A stretch of DNA of 29,177 bases from Candidatus Methanomethylicaceae archaeon (GCA_049970435.1 JBMFMY010000001.1:1-29177); one strand, 5' to 3'. Positions 15,394 to 25,106 are shown, numbered from the stretch's first letter. Program-made: numbers and translations. Notes: generated by a model not told the origin, from the sequence alone.

Positions 15394-16006
15394 GCCCCAC
15401 CCTCCTTGCCCCTTCATCTGATATTCTGTGAGCGAGAAATAAAGGCTCCGGAACCCTGTGCCCCCTCATGCACCCCGACACTATCCGGACGGAATCCTCT
15501 AAAGTTATCCTGTTTCCCACACTCACGTAAACTCTCCTCACAATCCTCCCCAAAATCTCCCCATTCACCCTGATAGTATCCCCAACGACCTCCGAGCCTT
15601 CCAGGCTCAACATTTCCTTGGCAACCCCGACAGTCGCCACGTCGAAGACCACCCCAAAGTGGGAAGCAAGTCCACAACGGCGTGGGTGCAAGACCCCGTG
15701 CCCGTCTAGCATGAACACTTCCGATCTGATCCTCAATTTCTTGAAGAGCTTGAAGAGCACCGGCATCTCCCTGAACGCCAGGAGCGACGGGATGTAGGGC
15801 ACCCTCACCTTGGCTTCTGCAGTCTCGATCTCTAGGACCTCAAGTTCTGGATAGGTCATCACCACGGCCGAGCCAAAACCCCTTGTACCAGTATATGCCA
15901 CATCCATCCCGCATATCGTCTCAGGATCTCTTGACAGCCTCTCCTCCCTCACCATACCGGCAAGCCTCTTCTGCGCCTCGATCGCCCTCCGGACATCAAA
16001 GATCAT
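15383..16006 (-). CDS. nfi: endonuclease V
   Basis: GMDVAY, PYIPSLLAFRE, MLDGHGVLHPRRCGLASH, GVAK, VYVSVG, PEPLFLAH. ATG 16006 chosen. Confidence 0.93.
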   Translation of the reverse strand: MIFDVRRAIEAQKRLAGMVREERLSRDPETICGMDVAYTGTRGFGSAVVMTYPELEVLEIETAEAKVRVPYIPSLLAFREMPVLFKLFKKLRIRSEVFMLDGHGVLHPRRCGLASHFGVVFDVATVGVAKEMLSLEGSEVVGDTIRVNGEILGRIVRRVYVSVGNRITLEDSVRIVSGCMRGHRVPEPLFLAHRISDEGARRVGLGK

Positions 16007-16062
16007 AGTCTGCCCTCTTTGCAATCTAAGAATTCAAAATAAAAAAATCGAATGTTCATGGA

Positions 16063-17643
16063 TCAGGGGGCAACTCTCGAGTATACGCCCACGAAGACAG
16101 GACCCCTCACATCGATCCTTCCACCCCTGCTTGTGATGTACCTCATCCCCACGTCGGTGAGTCTGAGGTTCACATCGCTGAGAAGCTTCGCCATCCTCAC
16201 CCTGAGCTCCACGTTCCCCTCCCTCTCTATCCTCGCAGCAGCCGCCTTGGCTATGGCGTCCAAGTACCTTATCCCTGTCCTTACGCCTTTTTCCCTTGCA
16301 TCCTCCACCAACTTCACCCTCTCGAGCCCCCTCTCTGGCACTCCGAGGATGTTTGCGTTGTAGACCACGATCTCATTGAAGGCTGCCGGTCCAACGAGCT
16401 TTACATTGGGATCCGGCTCGAATACTTTCACGACCACCCTTCTCCCTCCCACGTTCCCCTCGTAAGCCAGGAACTCACATGGACTGCTGGCATCTCTGTT
16501 CTCCTCGAGCGCCCTGACTATGGCAGCCTCGACAGCCCTCCCCTCCTCTGTCGCAGGCTCTTCTATGAACTTTATCTGCCTAGCAAGGGCCGCATCAGAG
16601 AGTATCCACTCGCCATAGAACTGCGGATAAGAGAGCTCCCTAACATCGCTGTATCCGTACAGCAATGCTGCCACTCTCTCGACCCCTATCCCAATATTGA
16701 GGACAGGGAACTCTATGCCATACTTAGCAAGCGCCACGGGGCTGTAGAGCCCGAAGTCGACGACCTCGAACCACTCAGATCCTCCCATTCTGGCGAAGAC
16801 CTCGTACTCGGTCCCGGGTGCATAGTACTTCGCCGTTATCTTCTTTCTCTCAAACCTCACATCCTTGAATCCCAGCCTCTTCAAGATCTCCTCAGAGACC
16901 TTCTTACCGTCCTCTAACGAGACCTCCTCATCCATTATAACAGAAGAGGCTGCATGGTGGAACTTCAGGTGCTTTGCGTCCTCCTGCTGCTCCCTCCTAG
17001 CCCTGAGCCCAACGGAGAAGAGCATCACCGGTCTTTCCAGCTTGTGCTGAACAGCAGCACAAGTCAAAAACCAGGCACTGGTCATGTGCGACCTGAGAAG
17101 TTGCTTGGTGGGGATAGGCTCAAGTTTGCTGAACTGAGGGAAAGCCTCATTGAGGATCTTCAGTGCCACTGTGTCCTCCACCTTCAGCGCCTCTGAGATC
17201 TTCTCCACCAGGTCGTCTCCATCGATCCTCCCCTTCTTGTAGTCGTGCAGGGTCGCCTTGAGCCTCTCTAAGCTGCCCTCGTCCACTGGTCCTCCAGCCC
17301 GCCTTATCGCCTCTACCTCCTTCGACCCTATGCCCACATCTGGTCTCGGCAAAGTCGCGAGGTAGTAGCACCTGTCCAGTATAGCCGGAGCCTCGCTCCC
17401 ATACTGTTTGTAAATGTCTGCCTCCTCAACTATCATAGGGTTTACCACCTCGTCAAATCCGAGCTCGAGATAAGCCTCCCTCAGCCTGTTTACGGTCTCC
17501 ATCAGCACGTGCGGGCTACCCTTCTTCCCTGCCCTGAACGCCCCTCTGCCGCCCACAAGGCTTCCAGTCTCGATCCAGCACCTCTCAAAGTCACTCTCAG
17601 CCTTCTCTAAGATCTCCTTTATGTTGAGCCTCATACCCTTCAC
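16063..17643 (-). CDS. sepS: O-phosphoseryl-tRNA(Cys) synthetase
   Basis: LREAYLELGFDEVVNP, QYGSEAPAILDRCYYLATLPRPDVG, LRSHMTSAWF, RREQQED, SKYY-like AKYYAPGTEYEV, GIGVERVA. Confidence 0.95.
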   Translation of the reverse strand: MKGMRLNIKEILEKAESDFERCWIETGSLVGGRGAFRAGKKGSPHVLMETVNRLREAYLELGFDEVVNPMIVEEADIYKQYGSEAPAILDRCYYLATLPRPDVGIGSKEVEAIRRAGGPVDEGSLERLKATLHDYKKGRIDGDDLVEKISEALKVEDTVALKILNEAFPQFSKLEPIPTKQLLRSHMTSAWFLTCAAVQHKLERPVMLFSVGLRARREQQEDAKHLKFHHAASSVIMDEEVSLEDGKKVSEEILKRLGFKDVRFERKKITAKYYAPGTEYEVFARMGGSEWFEVVDFGLYSPVALAKYGIEFPVLNIGIGVERVAALLYGYSDVRELSYPQFYGEWILSDAALARQIKFIEEPATEEGRAVEAAIVRALEENRDASSPCEFLAYEGNVGGRRVVVKVFEPDPNVKLVGPAAFNEIVVYNANILGVPERGLERVKLVEDAREKGVRTGIRYLDAIAKAAAARIEREGNVELRVRMAKLLSDVNLRLTDVGMRYITSRGGRIDVRGPVFVGVYSRVAP

Positions 17644-18275
17644 CCCCTGAGCCTGCCCATCGCCCTCTCTATGCTACCCCTAATAAGCCTACCTTGGTGC
17701 GCCAAGGTCACATCAGCCCTCGTCTCCTCAACCTGCTTCCTTATCATGTCCACTCTCCTCTTCAGGTTCGGAACAACAGCCCTGGGATAATCCAGTCCCT
17801 TCAAGGAGACGTAGACCTCCTCCATCGCCTTTAGGATCCTCTCAGCCTCCTCCAAATTGTCCTTCCTGAGCGAGTCGAGTGCGTATCTCCTCATCTCACC
17901 CACTGCGTCTGCGAGCCCAGCGATGTAGGACTCTGCGGGCACCCCGACTTTCTCGGGCGGCAAAAACCCCTCTCCCTTCAACAATGACGTCACTATGGAA
18001 GCCTCGGCGAACTCCTGCATCGCCTGTGGTAGCGAGCCTGTATAAAGGTACTCGGGCTGTTCCCTGCAGACCTCCAACGCGCACTGGAGGGTCTCTCGCG
18101 CAGCCTCGAGGTGCTCCGAAGCCCTGCCAAAATCCCCCCTATGTATGGCCAATATGGCGCTTCCCGACCTCCTAATCACCTCTCTCGAGTAGGAGATCAA
18201 CTTCTCCCTCCTCTCATCCTTCAACTTCAGCGATTTGTTTATCTCGGATATTATATCACCGATTTCCAAAATCAA
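17640..18275 (-). CDS. translin/TRAX (C3PO-like) family protein
   Basis: REKLISYSREVIRRSGSAI, QEFAEA, YIAGLADAVGEMRR, LKRRVD. Confidence 0.88.
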   Translation of the reverse strand: MILEIGDIISEINKSLKLKDERREKLISYSREVIRRSGSAILAIHRGDFGRASEHLEAARETLQCALEVCREQPEYLYTGSLPQAMQEFAEASIVTSLLKGEGFLPPEKVGVPAESYIAGLADAVGEMRRYALDSLRKDNLEEAERILKAMEEVYVSLKGLDYPRAVVPNLKRRVDMIRKQVEETRADVTLAHQGRLIRGSIERAMGRLRG

Positions 18276-18292
18276 CTCACCTATTTTCTGCC

Positions 18293-19231
18293 CTAAAATT
18301 TCCTTCTATGAGCGACCCTGCTCAGCAGTGCAACCCTGCTCGCAGGTACATCGTCAACCATATCGTAGCCACACTTACTTGCTATATCACCCGCGAATTC
18401 CACTACCTCTTTATGGCTGGGCATGGCCTCCGCTGCCAGCCTCCAGATGGAAGACCCAACATGCATGTAAGCCTTCACCTCGACATACGTTGGGTTGCCC
18501 ACATTCAGGATCCTCGCATATCCCTCTGGATCCTCCATATTTAACCCCTTCACAAGCGTGATCCTCACCACAGTCGGGCAGGAGAATGTCTGAAGCATCC
18601 CGATGGTCTTCATGAGCCTCTCCCAGCCCCCCTCAGCGCTGGGCCTGCAGACCCTCCTGTAAACCCCCTCAGAGGGGGCGCTCAAAGAGACGTAGAGCTG
18701 AGTCGGCTCCCTCAGATCCTCAAGCACCCTTGGGTTGGTCCCATTTGTCACGAGAAATGTTGTCATACCCCTTCTGTGGAACTCCTCTATCAATTCGGAG
18801 AGCCTGGAGTAGAGTGTGGGCTCCCCGCTCAGACTAATAGCCACATGCCTTGGATGTATTGCTTCCTTGTACCTCCCTTCAGAGACCTTCGGGTTCCCCT
18901 TGTAGCCGCTCAGCGCCCTCCTGTGAGCCTCTATCGACCCTTCCACTATCGCCCTCGGCTCGTCTTCAAGTGGTATCTCGCCCCCTGCCCACTCGAAACC
19001 TCTCTCTCCAGGCAGGGGCCTCCAACAATAAACACACCTGTTGGTGCAGTAGACCACAGCCGGGCTCATCTGTAGGCATCTATGCGTCTCTATACCGTAG
19101 AACTTGCCCTTGTAGCATATTTTGCCTTCTGTGAGCGCCTTTCTGACCCAGTGGCACGTCTTCACTGCCGAGTGCCTGCCAACTATCTGATAACCTTGTG
19201 CCCTGAGCGTCCTGAAAGGCTCCTCTGCCAA
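18293..19231 (-). CDS. taw1: 4-demethylwyosine (imG-14) synthase, radical SAM
   Basis: HSAVKTCHW, CYKGKFYGIETHRCLQMSP, CTNRCVYCWRP, HVAISLSGEPTLY, EVKAYMHVG. Confidence 0.95.
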   Translation of the reverse strand: MAEEPFRTLRAQGYQIVGRHSAVKTCHWVRKALTEGKICYKGKFYGIETHRCLQMSPAVVYCTNRCVYCWRPLPGERGFEWAGGEIPLEDEPRAIVEGSIEAHRRALSGYKGNPKVSEGRYKEAIHPRHVAISLSGEPTLYSRLSELIEEFHRRGMTTFLVTNGTNPRVLEDLREPTQLYVSLSAPSEGVYRRVCRPSAEGGWERLMKTIGMLQTFSCPTVVRITLVKGLNMEDPEGYARILNVGNPTYVEVKAYMHVGSSIWRLAAEAMPSHKEVVEFAGDIASKCGYDMVDDVPASRVALLSRVAHRRKF

Positions 19232-19243
19232 AACTACCAGCCA

Positions 19244-19858
19244 CTACTTGGCGGGAAAGAACTCCTCCTTTGACCCTTCCTTGGATATGACCACCACGTC
19301 AACACCGTCTCCAGAAGCCACGTCCCTCGAGATGGCTGCCCTCACTGCCTTCACAGCGAGATCCTTGCCCTCTCTGGCACTCATGTCCTCCTTGTAGCCA
19401 TCCTCAATGACGCTGATCGCCATGGCACCGCCTGTCCCCAGCGCGGCGAACTTATCCTCGATCAGAGAACCGAGCTGGTCCAGGACAAAAAGCCTGTTCC
19501 CGTCCTCGTCCACTCCTCCAACAATGGTCTCAGTGAAGACTGGGTAGTACCTCTGCAAATACAGAAGGTTTGCAAGTAGCTTTGCTGCGGATCTTACACT
19601 CATCCTCGTGTGGTACTCGAGCTCGTATAGCCTGACCTCTGCACTAAGCCTCCTCAGGACAGCCTGCGCGTCTGAGACCAGCCCTGCAAAGGCAACGCCT
19701 AACCTGTCATTCACCAAGAATACCTTCTTACCCGCCTTACTCATTATGGAAAAACCGTAAGAGATCCTCTTCTCAGAGGCGAGAACGACGCCATCCTTGC
19801 AAACGATCCCTACAGTCGTCGCACCCACCGGTGGATACCCTATTTGCGCCTCAGGCAA
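19244..19858 (-). CDS. psmB: proteasome beta-type subunit, probably the non-catalytic paralogue
   Basis: GATTVGIVCKDGVVLASEKR, KKVF, AGLVSDAQ, ALGTGG, RDVASGDGVDV. Ala occupies the Thr1 position. Confidence 0.93.
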   Translation of the reverse strand: MPEAQIGYPPVGATTVGIVCKDGVVLASEKRISYGFSIMSKAGKKVFLVNDRLGVAFAGLVSDAQAVLRRLSAEVRLYELEYHTRMSVRSAAKLLANLLYLQRYYPVFTETIVGGVDEDGNRLFVLDQLGSLIEDKFAALGTGGAMAISVIEDGYKEDMSAREGKDLAVKAVRAAISRDVASGDGVDVVVISKEGSKEEFFPAK

Positions 19859-19930
19859 TATTTAAAATCCCCCTTCAGCATTCAAAGGATGAGAAGCGGA
19901 TTAAATAAGCTTTTACCTTGTTGATGAAAG

Positions 19931-20167
19931 ATGCCCACCATTAGAGACGTTCTAAACAAGATCAGGTGGACCTCCAAAGATGGCTTAACGGGTGTGGAGG
20001 TCGTCATACTACACAGGGGGGCACCTGATGACAGGAAGGTGATAAGGGGGGAGGAGATAAGGGACGTTGCCCCAAGGGCTATAATATGCGAGGATGTGGT
20101 CATCCCTTACCACAGGGTCTTATGTATAAGGAGGGGTGAAGAGATCATCTGGAGGCGATCGAGATGA
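19931..20167 (+). CDS. DUF504/UPF0248 (MJ1316-like RNA-repair-associated domain) protein
   Basis: IRDVLNKIRW, HRGAPDDRKVI, IPYHRV...GEEIIW; overlaps the next gene by 4 nt. Confidence 0.88.
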   Translation: MPTIRDVLNKIRWTSKDGLTGVEVVILHRGAPDDRKVIRGEEIRDVAPRAIICEDVVIPYHRVLCIRRGEEIIWRRSR

Positions 20168-21177
20168 GGCAGCCATTCGAGAACATACCCACGGTCCTCA
20201 CTGCGGAGGAACTCATTAACAAGTCACTACGCGAGGCAACGAGGGCGGAGGTGTCCATGCCGCAGAGGATGCCTGCCATATTGAAGGCGAAGAGGAGGGA
20301 GGCTGCCAGGATCAAAACTGCGGAGAGGATCTCTGCTGGCTACCTCGAGCACCTTGTCAAGTCCTTCCCTTCCATAGAGAAGATCCACCCTTTCTACAGG
20401 GATGTGCTGGAGATAACCTTCGGGGTAGCTAATACAAGATCCCTTCTCGGTAGGATCAGCAGGACCTCTAGGATAATCAGGGAGATCAGCAGATCCTCCA
20501 CCTCAAGCCTAAAGCGCGTCTCAACGCCAAGCGAAGCCGCGAAAGTGAGGAGGTCCTTTATGGGTCGCCTCTCATCCCTCATCAGGGAGTTAGAAAACGA
20601 TCTTATCACACTCTCCTCCATCAGGGAGAAAATGAAGGATCTGCCAGCCGCGGATCCCGATCTGCCAACTGTGATCCTTGCTGGATATCCAGGAGTGGGG
20701 AAATCTACGATAGTGAGCGCGATCTCTTCGGCCAAGCCAGAGGTCCGGTCTTATCCCTTCACAACAAAGGAGGTTATGATCGGACACGTCGAGGTCAATG
20801 GCAGGCGGTTGCAGATTGTAGACACCCCTGGACTGCTGGACAGACCTCTCGAGAAGAGGAGCCAGACCGAACTACTCGCCATATCGGCGCTGAGCCATCT
20901 GCCAGGACCAGTAGCATTCATTGTCGATGTCTCAGAGTCGAATGGCTTCACACTTCAGGATCAGCGGTCCCTCTACGAAGATCTTAAGAAAACCCTGAGC
21001 TCAAACAAGTTTCTCACGTTCTTCAACAAGACAGACATATCGACGCCCTCCCAGATCGCCTCAGCAGAATCAATATTTGGCCCATGCACAAAGATGGCTG
21101 CGACAAAGGGTCAGGGGCTCGAAGAGTTCATAAACGAGGTCATGAGAGCTGTAGAAGGCCACCAAAATTGCAAATAA
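20164..21177 (+). CDS. NOG1-family (nucleolar GTP-binding-like) GTPase
   Basis: PFENIPTV, IHPFYRD, GYPGVGKST, SYPFTTK, IVDTPGLLDRP, NKTD. Confidence 0.92.
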   Translation: MRQPFENIPTVLTAEELINKSLREATRAEVSMPQRMPAILKAKRREAARIKTAERISAGYLEHLVKSFPSIEKIHPFYRDVLEITFGVANTRSLLGRISRTSRIIREISRSSTSSLKRVSTPSEAAKVRRSFMGRLSSLIRELENDLITLSSIREKMKDLPAADPDLPTVILAGYPGVGKSTIVSAISSAKPEVRSYPFTTKEVMIGHVEVNGRRLQIVDTPGLLDRPLEKRSQTELLAISALSHLPGPVAFIVDVSESNGFTLQDQRSLYEDLKKTLSSNKFLTFFNKTDISTPSQIASAESIFGPCTKMAATKGQGLEEFINEVMRAVEGHQNCK

Positions 21178-21212
21178 TTGTCTCTAAAAGTGTCGTTCAG
21201 CGAACTGATTAA

Positions 21213-21496
21213 CTTTGTCGGCGGGAAGTCCCCTTCCGTAAGGGTGGGGATGAGAGCCGAAAATTAATCTCTTCTTGCCGCATATCTTCACAGATGCATG
21301 GATCCCTAAGGCGCCTCTGCGCTGGTGATATGAGGTCCAACGCTGGGCCTCCGTAACTGTATGGATCGAGCCCTACGGACAGAGCAGGAACCTCGCCCCT
21401 TAAAAAAAGGGAAAATTCAGAAACGCTCCCAAAGCGCTGTTAGGGAGTAACTAAAGAAAAGTGGAATCCCCGTCCTTTAGGGCGGGAGGAGATCAC
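21213..21496 (+). mobile_element. non-autonomous IS200/IS605-family mini-element, copy 2
   Basis: Preceded by ATTAA; LE TCGGC-...CCCCTTCC-GTAA-GGGTGGGG...-GCCGA; RE CCCCGTCC-TTTA-GGGCGGG...GATCAC; exact blocks of 14-22 nt shared with copy 1. Confidence 0.85.
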
Positions 21497-21633
21497 TATA
21501 AACACTCATCAATAAGCTAGGAGAGTTGTTATAAAAAGATTTATGCAGAAATAACACGTAAAGTTAAATTACATAGACATCAAAAACTGGGGGCTATCTT
21601 CTCCACTTTTGGTTTTCGGATTTGTTAGAGGAA

Positions 21634-22650
21634 CTACGTTCTCCGAACCAACAAACTAAAAGCAAAAAAGACGAGCGAAAACGTTCCTAAGTAAACAGTT
21701 AAAATATACGCAACATCGCTTATCATAGCGAAATGGGGTGGTAGCATCATTGCCAGAGATAAAGCGCTCCAGTAGTAGTTAAAGAACCAGTGCAATAGAA
21801 CCGCACTGTCAAAGCCATATCTCACCGAGCAGTATCCTATTACCAGTCCTGCGAAGAATGTGGATGGAATCTTTCCCAAACCCCAAGTCCCATACAACAT
21901 ATGGGCGTAAGAGAACATTGATGATGATATTAGAATTAATAATACTTCCAACACTCTTAACCCTTGGTCTGGTTTGAAGCCGATCCTCCTTTGATAAGAC
22001 TCTGGCTTCAACATCGCAACGAAGATCATGAAGACCAGAGATCTTTTACTCACCCCCCTGAGAAGACGCCTCGTCTTAATCAACACGTAGACTGCCACTG
22101 GTAAGAGTATCGGCACCAACCTAAACCCAATCTCCTCCGATATTGCAGCATATGAGAGTGTGAAGATCTCAGAAAATGGATCGGTAAAAGAAGGGCCTCC
22201 CACACTTACCCCTGCCTTTTCCTCAAGGAGGTTTAGCGCAGTTGTTAGTAGCAGAGTCGCAGAGGTTATTCCAGGCATAACTGCCAAGAAGTTCCTTTTG
22301 GCTAACCCAACCCTGCCCTCTGTTAACATGAGTTTAATCGAAGAATGCCAGCGCTCGTTAGAAAAAAATGCCGTCAAAAAAGCGAGAGCGAATATGCCAT
22401 TTAGTAGTAAGAAAATCTCCGATGCCTTTACATCAAGTTGAACACTCACACTCCAGAAGTAAAGTGCGTTAATTTTGAGGATCTTGTAACTTTGACTCGC
22501 AAAAGAGCTCCCCTCAGGCGAAAAGAACGCATAGAGCGCAGAAACAAATGCCAACAAATATGTAATGGTGACTATCAATGCTAATATGCCATAGAACGAA
22601 GCTAAAATTCTGTTGCAGTCATAATCTGATTTTACCATCACAATACCCAT
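21634..22650 (-). CDS. CPBP/Abi (CAAX type II) family intramembrane metalloprotease
   Basis: SEEIGFR, FSYAH, AVLLHWFFN motifs; multiple TM segments. Confidence 0.85.
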   Translation of the reverse strand: MGIVMVKSDYDCNRILASFYGILALIVTITYLLAFVSALYAFFSPEGSSFASQSYKILKINALYFWSVSVQLDVKASEIFLLLNGIFALAFLTAFFSNERWHSSIKLMLTEGRVGLAKRNFLAVMPGITSATLLLTTALNLLEEKAGVSVGGPSFTDPFSEIFTLSYAAISEEIGFRLVPILLPVAVYVLIKTRRLLRGVSKRSLVFMIFVAMLKPESYQRRIGFKPDQGLRVLEVLLILISSSMFSYAHMLYGTWGLGKIPSTFFAGLVIGYCSVRYGFDSAVLLHWFFNYYWSALSLAMMLPPHFAMISDVAYILTVYLGTFSLVFFAFSLLVRRT

Positions 22651-22655
22651 ACGCC

Positions 22656-23570
22656 TTAGAAGTGTATCCTGCCGACAATTACCCTGTTCCTGACAACATC
22701 CGTCATGAACTCCACTCCTCTGAGCTTAGGGAGCTTTAGTAACAGATCCCGCTCAGTTAAGATCCCTACAGGGGCTCCGGAAGAGACAACGATCAAAGAC
22801 CCAACATTATTTGCATTCATTATTCTGACAGCATCGCTGAGATCCGCATCTGGACTAACTGTCTTAGGGTTCAGGGTTGCGATCTTAGAGACATTCGTGT
22901 TGAGAAGATACTCGCAGAGCCCTCGCTTTATGGCGTCTTCCACATAATCGCTTGCCAAAAATCTCATGATGTCCTTGACGGTCAAAATCCCCCACAACTG
23001 ACCATCGCTCATTATAGGGACCCTTCTAATGTCCCTCCCTATCATCAATCTTGAGATGTCCAGTAGCGTGGCTTTAGTGTCGAGTGTTATGAGTGGCTTT
23101 GACATCACCTCAAAAACCTTCACAAACATCTGGTTGCTCTCAAACAATTTGAAGAGGTGCCTCTCAGATAGTGAGCCCCAAATCCTGGAATTCTCATCTA
23201 TCAATGGTAGCATGCCTATATCTTTCTTAGCCATTAGAGACATAAGTTCGGGGAGGGTGTCTGTGGTTCGAGCAACTATCGGCTTCTTATTGACTATAGG
23301 CTCTATAGGCGAGTGGAGCGCCTTATGCAGGTCTCCTCCATGAAGGTCCATGAGGATATTGAACTTCTCTCCCCCTCCCAAATAATTGAGAATGTCCTTG
23401 GCGGAGACCAGTCCATCTACCCTCTGCCCATCATTGGATACGATTGCATGTCTAACACTCTTTTTGTGCATCATCCTTATGGCATCAATGACACTCGTGC
23501 TCGAAGGAAATACTACTGCAGGTGGGTGTCTGGCTATTGACGTTACTGAAAACGACGTCATTCTAATCAC
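22656..23570 (-). CDS. CBS-domain protein (two CBS pairs)
   Basis: SVRHAIV..GLVSAKDIL, DIRRVPIMSDGQLWGILTVKDI, VGSLIVV..PVGILTERDLL. Confidence 0.9.
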   Translation of the reverse strand: MIRMTSFSVTSIARHPPAVVFPSSTSVIDAIRMMHKKSVRHAIVSNDGQRVDGLVSAKDILNYLGGGEKFNILMDLHGGDLHKALHSPIEPIVNKKPIVARTTDTLPELMSLMAKKDIGMLPLIDENSRIWGSLSERHLFKLFESNQMFVKVFEVMSKPLITLDTKATLLDISRLMIGRDIRRVPIMSDGQLWGILTVKDIMRFLASDYVEDAIKRGLCEYLLNTNVSKIATLNPKTVSPDADLSDAVRIMNANNVGSLIVVSSGAPVGILTERDLLLKLPKLRGVEFMTDVVRNRVIVGRIHF

Positions 23571-23627
23571 GTCTATTATCTTTTATTCAGTTAAAGTTAA
23601 AGTTGACGGTGAATATATTCTAAACTG

Positions 23628-24569
23628 GTGAAAATGTTTCTACTACTTTATGACATAGAGGGCAAAAGGGACCCTCGCGGGATCAGGATAAGGCTCATCC
23701 GCGCCTTAAGAAGCGTTAACGCTTTCCAGTTGCAAAGGTCTTCTTGGATCGTGGAATCATTTGACGATCGCCTCATCAAAATAATTGAAGAGCTGAGGTG
23801 TGCTGGTGGCTCGGTCAAGATCATGGAGTGGCTGCCCCGAAACTTGGCTGACACCCTCGGTGGAAGGTTATCCAAAAAAATTGTGATCGCACCACTTTCA
23901 TCAGAACCTGTACTGGAGGGATGGCTCGAGAGGATAAGATATGCTCTGGAATTCGCTGGCTTCAAAGTCTCGATCATACCGGTCGGAGAAAGTGCTATGA
24001 AGGCTCTTTACAGAGAGGTCAAAAACAGAGTTATCAAGCCTGAAAAGCCCCTGAGTCGTATTCTTGATGAGATATCAATCATGGATATAGACGGGCTAGT
24101 GTTGTTGAACTCGGGCAGGAGCATGCAAAGCGGGATTATGTACGTTGCTCAGATCATCTCCAACACAAAATTGCTAAAGAACATGCCATCACTTCCTCTG
24201 ATTCAGATAGAGAGGTATGGCAGACCCGACGGTACTATAATAGTGTGGAATGAATCTTTTGAAGTATTGTTAGAGGCAATTAAAAAAGCAACATCCTTGG
24301 GTGTGCTGCGCCCGAGTCTGGAGATCAGGAAAGTAAGCAAAGAGGGCAACAGGGAGATCAGGCAGATTCAATATGCCGAATATGGAGACAGGATCATACT
24401 GAATGGCAAACAAGTTGGCATCTGTCTATCCAACAGCGTTTATCTGATAGCCGAGAATGGCAGGCTCGTAGATATAATGGGTGGTAAGATCTTCAAAAGA
24501 GCCGCGAGAAGAGTTGTATTTGACTCCTTGGCAAACGCCATAGTCAAGACTCTGCCCGCAAAGGCTTAG
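23628..24569 (+). CDS. fusion of an N-terminal Cas2/PaaX-like ferredoxin-fold domain and a DUF2117-like domain
   Basis: N-term LLLYDI...RIRLIRALR...FQLQRSSW. C-term EKPLS, LVLLNSGRS, PLIQIERYG.PDG.IIVWN, GDRIILNG..VG, LIAENGRLVDIMGGKI, as recalled for DUF2117. Confidence 0.65.
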   Translation: MKMFLLLYDIEGKRDPRGIRIRLIRALRSVNAFQLQRSSWIVESFDDRLIKIIEELRCAGGSVKIMEWLPRNLADTLGGRLSKKIVIAPLSSEPVLEGWLERIRYALEFAGFKVSIIPVGESAMKALYREVKNRVIKPEKPLSRILDEISIMDIDGLVLLNSGRSMQSGIMYVAQIISNTKLLKNMPSLPLIQIERYGRPDGTIIVWNESFEVLLEAIKKATSLGVLRPSLEIRKVSKEGNREIRQIQYAEYGDRIILNGKQVGICLSNSVYLIAENGRLVDIMGGKIFKRAARRVVFDSLANAIVKTLPAKA

Positions 24570-24648
24570 TTCTATTTGATTCTCTCAAAATCATCCTAAG
24601 AAAAGCAATCAATAAACATTAGCCAAACACATCAACATTGTGCTTTAA

Positions 24649-24960
24649 TCATGGCTTATGTATCTCGATTTTTCTACCCTCAAAGAAAGCTGAGATGAGC
24701 TTCTCCTTCCCACTCTCAACCAGGCGCCATATAGTGTTCCTCGAGACACCCATGGTCAGGCCTGCCTCATCATAAGACAGTTTCTCCAGCTCCACAAGGC
24801 GGAGCGCCTCCAACTCTGCCAGATCCAAGTGTACTGGGGCGTTAAGCTCCTTTGGATATGGAATTAACGCGTCGATGGGCGGCAGATTATGTATCTGAAC
24901 TGGTTTAGGGGTTCTGCCTACCATCCCCCTTCGGCATCTACAGCAAAATCCTCTTGGCAT
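24649..24960 (-). CDS. DUF134 family HTH protein
   Basis: GRTPKP, LDLAELEALRLVELEKLSYDEAGLTMGVSRNTIWRLVESG.EKL. Confidence 0.9.
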   Translation of the reverse strand: MPRGFCCRCRRGMVGRTPKPVQIHNLPPIDALIPYPKELNAPVHLDLAELEALRLVELEKLSYDEAGLTMGVSRNTIWRLVESGKEKLISAFFEGRKIEIHKP

Positions 24961-25106
24961 AGAGTAACTTTATGTTCTGGCGACTTAATATCCTTGCGGA
25001 GTGAAAACTGCTAGAAAAAATTTTGTATTAGATTATGAAGACTCCTGCAACAGGATTGATGTTTTACTCTGGCATTAAGCCTGCCAACTTCCGTCTTAGG
25101 TATCCC

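Noticed and set aside
23628-23831. CRISPR-Cas locus suggested by the Cas2-like domain
   Set aside because: No repeat-spacer array, cas1 or other cas gene anywhere in the window.
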